DNA of 32,000 nt from an uncultured Alphaproteobacteria bacterium (GTDB taxonomy: Bacteria > Pseudomonadota > Alphaproteobacteria > Rs-D84), in contig OZ007020.1 in assembly GCA_963931495.1 (NCBI GenBank), positions 510,001 to 542,000 on the forward strand, read 5' to 3'. How positions within the stretch are numbered: position 1 is the stretch's first letter; each line of letters starts with the position of its first letter. The translations under genes and the position numbers were made by a program. The notes beneath the pieces are model-generated. The model had not been told where the DNA came from and searched no databases. It saw only the letters and a program-made list of their open reading frames with translations. Positions 26,377 to 32,000 of the stretch are shown one piece after another.

Positions 26377-27468
26377 ATGAAGATAAAGAAATACGCATTA
26401 TTATGTATTTTGTCGGCTTTGTATGTCCCAGCGGGATGGGCGGCGTTTAATGTAACAGGGCAAAATTGTGAGCTTATGCAGGCTGTCGCTGGTGCTGCAT
26501 CTACAGAAGACTATACTGGAATTGTGACTGTTTTGGATTGTGCTAGTAATAGTATTGCGACAGGTTCCTATACAAAAAGAGGAAACCAAGGTGAATATGG
26601 GGCGACGTATAATAAGCAGTATTGTACAGATTGTAAAGAAGGTGATGAACTTGTGACAGAAAGCGTTACAGGGCGAACTACGGGTTGTACGCTGACATAT
26701 ACTGTATGCAAACTCATTTGCGATAGGTGTGAGCCCGAGTGTGGGCCATATGGCAATTGGGCAACTGACCCAAATGATACAAAGCGCCAGCGGCGACCAA
26801 AAACCAGATGTGATTACAGCATATGTTCGTGTGTGGCCGGTGGGTATGATTACCGGTGCAATTCCAATTATTATGGTTCGGGTACGTCGTGTTCACCGTG
26901 CCCGGCGAATTCCACCAGCAGTGCGGGATCAACCAGTTCGGATCAGTGCAAATGCGCCGCCGGGTATTATATGAGTGATGGTGCGTGCCAGAAATGCACG
27001 GATTTTTCAACCAGTCCGGCCGGTTCCACCAGTGCCAGTGCATGTAAATGTAACGAAAATTATTTTATGGAAGGCGGGATATGTCATTCTTGCCCGGCGG
27101 GATCCACCAGCCCGGCGGGATCCACCAGTTCGTCGGCCTGTTCATGTCCAAAAGACCAATATAAAAGTGGTGATACATGTGTCAGTTGTCCGCAAAATGC
27201 GGTTACAGACAGTGGTGGGCAAACATCTTTTTCCGCATGTGAATGCACCAGTGGATATTATATGGTATATACAGACGGTAATAAAACCGGTGGCGCGTGT
27301 GAAGCGTGTCCGTCGTCTGGGAATGCAAACGTCAGGGCCCAATCACCCCAGGGTTCAACGGCGGCAACGGCCTGTTATATCCCAGCCGGCGGAAGAGGGC
27401 AAGGCTTTTCAGATTTATTGGGGAATTTATTTTATTACAATGAAAACTGTTCTTACAGCGAGAATTGA
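26377..27468 (+). CDS. Secreted cysteine-rich repeat protein (ephrin-receptor-like / GCC2_GCC3-type CxxC-CxC modules)
   Basis: Signal peptide MKIKKYALLCILSALYVPAGWA. About five ~32-aa modules follow, such as CKCAAGYYMSDGACQKCTDFSTSPAGSTSASA and CKCNENYFMEGGICHSCPAGSTSPAGSTSSSA. The start is 17 nt after the autotransporter stop, with no terminator between them. Confidence 0.7.
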   Translation: MKIKKYALLCILSALYVPAGWAAFNVTGQNCELMQAVAGAASTEDYTGIVTVLDCASNSIATGSYTKRGNQGEYGATYNKQYCTDCKEGDELVTESVTGRTTGCTLTYTVCKLICDRCEPECGPYGNWATDPNDTKRQRRPKTRCDYSICSCVAGGYDYRCNSNYYGSGTSCSPCPANSTSSAGSTSSDQCKCAAGYYMSDGACQKCTDFSTSPAGSTSASACKCNENYFMEGGICHSCPAGSTSPAGSTSSSACSCPKDQYKSGDTCVSCPQNAVTDSGGQTSFSACECTSGYYMVYTDGNKTGGACEACPSSGNANVRAQSPQGSTAATACYIPAGGRGQGFSDLLGNLFYYNENCSYSEN

Positions 27469-27471
27469 TAG

Positions 27472-27501
27472 AAAAAAAAACGCCATTCTGGCGTTTTTTT
27501 T
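27472..27501. terminator. Bidirectional terminator between the Cys-rich gene and ssb
   Basis: A9 run, stem aacgcca (27479-27485) / tggcgtt (27489-27495), loop ttc, then a T-run. Confidence 0.75.
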
Positions 27502-27512
27502 GTGATGTTTTA

Positions 27513-27971
27513 TTAAAATGGAATGTCGTCACCAATATCGGCCACAGACATTTCTTCGTGCTGTTGTGGGGCGGCCGGCGCGCCACCGCCGTATTCAGAA
27601 CCAGATGCGTCAATGCTTTTTGCCCCAGATAAAATAACCATTTGACCCGCAAATTGATTCAAAACAACTTCGGTTGTATAAACATCTATGCCTTGTTGGT
27701 TTTGCCATTTACGTGTGCGCAGGGAACCTTCCAGGTATAATTTTGTACCTTTTTGCAACATGCGTTCCGCCACATCAGCCAGGTTAGAATTGAACACCAC
27801 AATGCGATGCCATTCGGTTTGTTCCTTTTGTTCACCAGATTGGCGATCGCGCCAACGATCGGATGTTGCCAGTGAAAAATTTACAACCTTTTGACCATTT
27901 TGCATTGTTCTGACCTGGGGATCTTGGCCAACGTTCCCAACCAGAATTACTTTGTTTATACTGCCTGCCAT
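27513..27971 (-). CDS. ssb: Single-stranded DNA-binding protein
   Basis: The OB-fold N-terminus MAGSINKVILVGNVGQDPQVR...W and the acidic tip DDIPF at the C-terminus. The ORF-track start at 28034 is an extension. Confidence 0.93.
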   Translation of the reverse strand: MAGSINKVILVGNVGQDPQVRTMQNGQKVVNFSLATSDRWRDRQSGEQKEQTEWHRIVVFNSNLADVAERMLQKGTKLYLEGSLRTRKWQNQQGIDVYTTEVVLNQFAGQMVILSGAKSIDASGSEYGGGAPAAPQQHEEMSVADIGDDIPF

Positions 27972-28071
27972 TGTGTATCCTTTTAATAATATTCTGTACC
28001 CATTATATTTGACCAAAATACACCAGAATTGCAAGTAAAAACCATTTTCTGGTTAACATTTGTTGTCGGAC

Positions 28072-28100
28072 TTGACTTTTTTGTCAAAAAGGTATATAAT
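28072..28100 (+). promoter_or_regulatory. Near-consensus sigma70 promoter upstream of rho
   Basis: TTGACT (28072-28077), exactly 17 nt, then TATAAT (28095-28100), about 65 nt before the rho ATG. The -35 lies within the palindrome TTGACttttttGTCAA. Confidence 0.55.
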
Positions 28101-28164
28101 TGTGCGTGTAAACATCAAAACGGGTACGAATTCTGTTGCCCATTCCCACAAAAGGATTTTTATT

Positions 28165-29433
28165 ATGCATATTAATGAATTAAAGGCTAAATCGCCACAA
28201 CAGTTGTTGAAAATGGCTGAAGATATGGGGATTGAAAATCCGTCGCAGTTAAATGTACAGCAATTGCGATTTGCAGTTATGCGCGTTTATGCCGCAGATA
28301 AAAAAATTACATTAATTGGCGATGGGGTCTTGGAACGAATGCAGGATGGATTCGGTTTCCTGCGCGCGCCAGAAAGTAATTACCTGGCGGGACCAGATGA
28401 TTTATATGTCGCACCCGCGTTAATTAAAAAATATGGACTGAAAACCGGTGATTACATAGAAGGACAAATCCAGGCACCACAAAATGAATCAGAACGCTAT
28501 TTCGCGCTGGAAACAATTGAACGCGTTAATGGCGGCGACCCAGATAAATTACGGCACCGGGTGTCTTTTGATGATATGACGCCGTTGTACCCAGATGAAA
28601 TGCTGCGGATGGAGGTCACAGATGATAAAGACAAAGGACGCAGTCTGTCGGCACGGGTAATTGACCTGATTGCCCCAACTGGCAAGGGACAACGCAGTCT
28701 GATTGTTGCGCCACCGCGTACCGGAAAAACCGTAATGTTGCAAAATATCGCGCATTCAATCGCAACAAATTATCCAGATGTTAAGTTGATTGTGTTGCTG
28801 ATTGATGAACGACCCGAAGAAGTTACGGATATGCAGCGCAGTGTCAAGGGCGAAGTTATTTCTTCAACATTTGATGAACCCGCCGCACGTCATATCCAGG
28901 TGGCCGAAATGGTCATTGAAAAAGCAAAACGATTGGTGGAAGCCGGCCAAGATGTCGTTATCTTGTTGGATTCTATTACTCGTTTGGGGCGCGCGTATAA
29001 TACTGTGGTGCCGTCCAGTGGTAAAGTGCTGACCGGGGGGGTGGATGCGTATGCGTTGCAACGACCAAAACGATTCTTTGGCGCCGCCAGAAATATAGAA
29101 GGGGGCGGGTCACTGACCATCATTGCAACGGCCTTGGTTGATACAGGGTCCAAAATGGATGAAGTTATTTTTGAAGAATTCAAAGGTACTGGTAACAGCG
29201 AAATTATTTTGGACAGAAAATTGTCTGACAAGCGCGTATATCCCGCAATTGATATTACCAAGTCTGGGACACGCAAAGAAGACCTGTTGGTGGGGAAAGA
29301 TACGTTGGCAAAAATGTATGTGCTGCGCAGAATTATCAACCCAATGGGAACATTGGAAGCAATGGAATTCTTGTTGGATAAATTACGCGTGACAAAAACA
29401 AATGCAGATTTCTTTGCGTCTATGAACCAGTAA
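28165..29433 (+). CDS. rho: Transcription termination factor Rho
   Basis: N-terminus [28 protein letters not shown]-binding GFGFLR, P-loop APPRTGKT, and [10 protein letters not shown]. Length is ~422 aa from the ATG at 28165. Confidence 0.97.
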   Translation: MHINELKAKSPQQLLKMAEDMGIENPSQLNVQQLRFAVMRVYAADKKITLIGDGVLERMQDGFGFLRAPESNYLAGPDDLYVAPALIKKYGLKTGDYIEGQIQAPQNESERYFALETIERVNGGDPDKLRHRVSFDDMTPLYPDEMLRMEVTDDKDKGRSLSARVIDLIAPTGKGQRSLIVAPPRTGKTVMLQNIAHSIATNYPDVKLIVLLIDERPEEVTDMQRSVKGEVISSTFDEPAARHIQVAEMVIEKAKRLVEAGQDVVILLDSITRLGRAYNTVVPSSGKVLTGGVDAYALQRPKRFFGAARNIEGGGSLTIIATALVDTGSKMDEVIFEEFKGTGNSEIILDRKLSDKRVYPAIDITKSGTRKEDLLVGKDTLAKMYVLRRIINPMGTLEAMEFLLDKLRVTKTNADFFASMNQ

Positions 29434-29457
29434 AAAATAGTGATGCACAATAAAAAC

Positions 29458-29490
29458 ACCCCGCGCACAAAATACGTGGGGTTTATTTAT
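29458..29490 (+). terminator. Rho-independent terminator after rho
   Basis: Stem accccgcg (29458-29465) / cgtggggt (29475-29482, one G-U pair), then tttatttat. Confidence 0.55.
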
Positions 29491-29500
29491 AATTTTTGTA

Positions 29501-29529
29501 TTGATAATATAAGCATTTTTTGATAAAAT
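29501..29529 (+). promoter_or_regulatory. Candidate promoter (extended -10) for the leader of the repeat-protein gene
   Basis: TTGATA (29501-29506), a 17-nt spacer, then TGaTAAAAT (29521-29529). Confidence 0.35.
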
Positions 29530-29600
29530 ACAATATATAACATATTCAAAAAGTGTGAAGAATTTGGCGTTTTTTATGCTTTTTGTTGTATAAAAATCAT

Positions 29601-29638
29601 GCTGAATCTAAATGTAGGTTTAGATTCAGCAATTTTTT
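29601..29638 (+). terminator. Perfect 12-bp hairpin plus U-tract (terminator/attenuator) in the leader of the repeat-protein gene
   Basis: gctgaatctaaa (29601-29612), loop tgtagg, tttagattcagc (29619-29630), followed by aatttttt. Confidence 0.55.
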
Positions 29639-29683
29639 CAACTTAAAAATCCCGCTTTTCTGCATATTTTACTCTCCCTCTTT

Positions 29684-32000
29684 ATGCCGAATCTAAACCT
29701 AGGGTTATTTTCAGCACTATTTTGTGTATTATGCAGTGGCGCGGCATTTGCAGATATTGATATCTTTCAAACAGGTTCTGGATGGCAGGTTCAAGATTCC
29801 AATGGTTCGGTAATAGGTACCGCGACAACGCGTCAAGGCGCACAACGTGTTGCAGATGTTTATACCCGCCAAGGGCAACAAGTGAATTGGCGTACTTCAA
29901 TGCCCACGACAACTGGCAGCAGCGGAAATATAAGCACGGCGACCCAGCAACAATTGGGCACATCCCAAGTACCACCAGCGCGTCAATTAACAAGTGGGTC
30001 GTCTGGCAGCAGCGGAAATATAAGCACGGCGACACAGCGACAATTGGGTACATCCCAGGTACCACCAGCGCGTCAATTAACAAGTGGTTCGTCTGGCAGC
30101 AGCGGAAATATAAGCACGGCGACCCAGCAACAATTGGGCACATCCCAAGTACCACCAGCGCGTCAATTAACAAGTGGGTCGTCTGGCAGCAGCGGAAATA
30201 TAAGCACGGCGACACAGCGACAATTGGGTACATCCCAGGTACCACCAGCGCGTCAATTAACAAGTGGTTCGTCTGGCAGCAGCGGAAATATAAGCACGGC
30301 GACCCAGCAACAATTGGGCACATCCCAAGTACCACCAGCGCGTCAATTAACAAGTGGGTCGTCTGGCAGCAGCGGAAATATAAGCACGGCGACACAGCGA
30401 CAATTGGGTACATCCCAGGTACCACCAGCGCGTCAATTAACAAGTGGTTCGTCTGGCAGCAGCGGAAATATAAGCACGGCGACCCAGCAACAATTGGGTA
30501 CATCCCAGGTACCACCCGCGCGTCAATTAACAAGTGGGTCATCTGGTGGCGGATCTGGTGGTAATACCGGTGGTGGTAAAGTAACAGGTAAGGGCGTAGG
30601 AAGTACCGTTGGGAAAGCACTGGGTACCCTGAGTGGTGTTTTGATGGTTGTTGATGGCGCTAACAATCTATCAGAATCTGTTGCTGGTACAGAAAAAGCC
30701 ACTTGGAAAGATGTTGGGCGAGGTGCCCTGGGTGGTGCAGAGACGGCAGGTGGGGCGACTGTGATTGCAAATTCATATGTAGGTTTTGGAACCGTTGTAT
30801 GGATTGCATCAATTGCCACAGGTGCGGTAATCGGCGCGGCCGGTGCCGGTGCAGAAATGTTTTCTGAAACAGATTGTGAAATGGACCCTGTGTTGGGAAA
30901 ATACGCCTGTTGTAATATTTCAAAGTTAAGTAATATTGATGCATATCGCGCCGAAATTGGTGACAGGATGTTTACAGATACTTTCCCATATGTACGTTAT
31001 TGTGTTCAGGGAAAAAAAGAATTCAAAGAAGAACAACCGTGGTTAAAGGGACGTTTTTTGGATGACCATTGGTCTGCAAATGCTGAGGTTGGTTTATGCC
31101 CGGGATATGATATGCCGGTAAATCCAGATATGAACATAACACTGATTGCTGTTGAAGATGCGGATGATTTTGGACACTGTTGGGCGTGGGAATGCGCAGA
31201 CGAAGGTTTTACACGATATAAAGGGACCTGTATTGGTAATGTCGTAGATGACCCTAGTCTGATGGGGCCGTTCTTGCCCGAAGGCTTTGAACGCACTGCG
31301 CCGCATACTGTTGGAACAGATTGTGATACTGCGGATTTGCCACAATATGCAACCGCTGGCGTATGGGTTGACAAGGGAAATAACCAGGTTGCGTGTGCTG
31401 CAACTGCGTGCCAGGATGGAACTTATTTGGTGCTGAATGCATCTGGGGTGTCAATGGGTTGGTGTGTTGCTGCGTCTTATTGTTCAGATGGTACGCATTT
31501 GAATATTATTGATGGGGTAAAAACAGATTTGCAATGTATTGCAGATTCAAGTGAAGCAGGTCAAACAAATGATAATTCGGGTGCGGTGGGCGGCACACCA
31601 TCAACCCCAGAAAGTGTCGCCAATCAATCTGGTAATAATGACTCGTCTGGTGTGGGTAATGAATGTGCACGTGGGGTGCCTGGGTACGTTGTATTTGACG
31701 GTGTATGTATGACAATTTCGCAAATGCAACAGATTCAAAATCAACGGGCTGCGCAACAAAAAAATGACCAGATTGCAGGTCTGGAATCACAAATTAACCG
31801 CTATACAAAAACAATAACAAGCATTGAAGAATCGCATACGGATGACAAGGTTAGTGTATGGAAGAATGCGGAGGGGAAATTTAATACATCACGCTTGCTG
31901 TCAGATTCTATTGCGGGGGTTGCGTTGGGCACTGTTGGTGGTTTTGTGGTTAATAAACTGGTCAAAGACCATCATGTTGAAACAGGGTTTGAAGAAATCG
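29684..32000 (+). CDS. Large secreted/surface protein with tandem 30-aa repeats, glycine-zipper segments, a Cys-rich domain and a coiled coil (partial; runs off the 3' edge; absent from the ORF track)
   Basis: My own translation of frame 2 finds no stop from the ATG at 29684 to the window end (>770 codons). The signal peptide is MPNLNLGLFSALFCVLCSGAAFA/DI. The other-frame and antisense ORFs in the track over 29682-30819 are repeat artefacts. Confidence 0.75.
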   Translation, partial: MPNLNLGLFSALFCVLCSGAAFADIDIFQTGSGWQVQDSNGSVIGTATTRQGAQRVADVYTRQGQQVNWRTSMPTTTGSSGNISTATQQQLGTSQVPPARQLTSGSSGSSGNISTATQRQLGTSQVPPARQLTSGSSGSSGNISTATQQQLGTSQVPPARQLTSGSSGSSGNISTATQRQLGTSQVPPARQLTSGSSGSSGNISTATQQQLGTSQVPPARQLTSGSSGSSGNISTATQRQLGTSQVPPARQLTSGSSGSSGNISTATQQQLGTSQVPPARQLTSGSSGGGSGGNTGGGKVTGKGVGSTVGKALGTLSGVLMVVDGANNLSESVAGTEKATWKDVGRGALGGAETAGGATVIANSYVGFGTVVWIASIATGAVIGAAGAGAEMFSETDCEMDPVLGKYACCNISKLSNIDAYRAEIGDRMFTDTFPYVRYCVQGKKEFKEEQPWLKGRFLDDHWSANAEVGLCPGYDMPVNPDMNITLIAVEDADDFGHCWAWECADEGFTRYKGTCIGNVVDDPSLMGPFLPEGFERTAPHTVGTDCDTADLPQYATAGVWVDKGNNQVACAATACQDGTYLVLNASGVSMGWCVAASYCSDGTHLNIIDGVKTDLQCIADSSEAGQTNDNSGAVGGTPSTPESVANQSGNNDSSGVGNECARGVPGYVVFDGVCMTISQMQQIQNQRAAQQKNDQIAGLESQINRYTKTITSIEESHTDDKVSVWKNAEGKFNTSRLLSDSIAGVALGTVGGFVVNKLVKDHHVETGFEEI
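29913..30540 (+). repeat. Seven tandem 90-bp units (two alternating variants, giving a perfect 180-bp super-repeat over 29913-30497)
   Basis: Sequence lines 29941/30121/30301, 30001/30181/30361 and 30061/30241/30421 are letter-identical. The units are in frame and encode SGSSGSSGNISTATQ(Q/R)QLGTSQVPPARQLT. Confidence 0.95.

Noticed and set aside
26975-27505. 176-aa alternative-frame ORF (Arg/Pro-rich) within the Cys-repeat gene
   Set aside because: It is an out-of-frame reading of the repeat modules and runs through the bidirectional terminator. The Cys-repeat frame has a signal peptide and a regular module structure.
28060-28164. N-terminal extensions given by the ORF track (rho 28060, tsf 130, ctpA 5619, bamE 12140, ssb 28034, autotransporter 20156)
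   Set aside because: Family-typical N-termini or signal peptides and SD sequences begin at internal ATGs (28165, 178, 5673, 12245, 27971, 20174). For rho, the extension would also overlap the promoter.
29576-29593. Mini-ORF ATG CTT TTT GTT GTA TAA (MLFVV*) ending 7 nt before the leader hairpin, a possible leader peptide for attenuation
   Set aside because: It has no Shine-Dalgarno sequence and is very short. With no supporting feature beyond its position, it is recorded only as a possibility under the leader finding.
29641-29660. The 'aaaaatcccgc' half-site, resembling the arms of the terminators at 7793-7812 and 14038-57 (cgggat/atcccg cores), as a possible dispersed repeat family
   Set aside because: Only a short core is shared and there is no partner arm here. 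It is indistinguishable from chance similarity among GC-core terminators without genome-wide counting.
29913-30540. Possible CRISPR array suggested by the regular identical repeats
   Set aside because: The units are directly contiguous with no unique spacers. They are 90 bp long, in frame, and lie inside a coding region.
29682-30819. ORF-track entries 29682-30620 (-), 29782-30564 (+) and 30523-30819 (-), with repetitive translations
   Set aside because: They are by-products of the 90-bp repeat, which keeps all frames open. Only frame 2 on the plus strand has a signal peptide and continues without a stop for >770 codons through non-repetitive sequence.

Overview
All calls rest on reading the sequence and recalling family motifs; no similarity search, HMM or structure prediction was run. 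The window is a 32-kb chromosomal stretch from a moderately AT-rich diderm bacterium. LptC/LptB, BamE, an OmpA-type lipoprotein, CarD/CdnL, an EnvC-CtpA pair and a type Va autotransporter suggest a Proteobacterium. A PFOR gene and many secreted or eukaryote-like proteins suggest an anaerobic, host-associated lifestyle. The taxon is inference. The housekeeping backbone is rpsB (3' end), tsf, tyrS-envC, ctpA, PFOR (nifJ-type), bamE, carD, lptC-lptB, an OmpA-family lipoprotein, eno, ssb and rho. Most of these have clear intrinsic terminators. Accessory genes sit between them: (1) An AT-rich two-gene cassette lies antisense between envC and ctpA. It encodes a Fic/Doc-fold protein with a degenerate active-site motif (QPFDDFNKRMAR), coupled by TAAATG to an APH-type kinase split by a frameshift in a T8/A8 tract. 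I consider this the best candidate for an undescribed system. (2) A 20-residue-type LRR protein is appended to ctpA, convergent with an orphan divergent ClpP-like protease. (3) A decayed IS200/IS605 element lies next to a small Imm-superinfection-like membrane protein. (4) A ~2060-aa autotransporter appears co-transcribed with a secreted protein built from CxxC/CxC ephrin-receptor-like (GCC2_GCC3-type) cysteine repeats. (5) A large secreted protein runs off the 3' edge and is missing from the ORF track. It carries seven in-frame 90-bp tandem repeats (a perfect 180-bp super-repeat), glycine-zipper segments, a Cys-rich domain and a coiled coil. Its leader has a hairpin whose 5' arm is duplicated over the start codon. 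Short sequence motifs link several of the secreted Cys-rich proteins into a possible paralogous family. No tRNA, rRNA or CRISPR array was seen.
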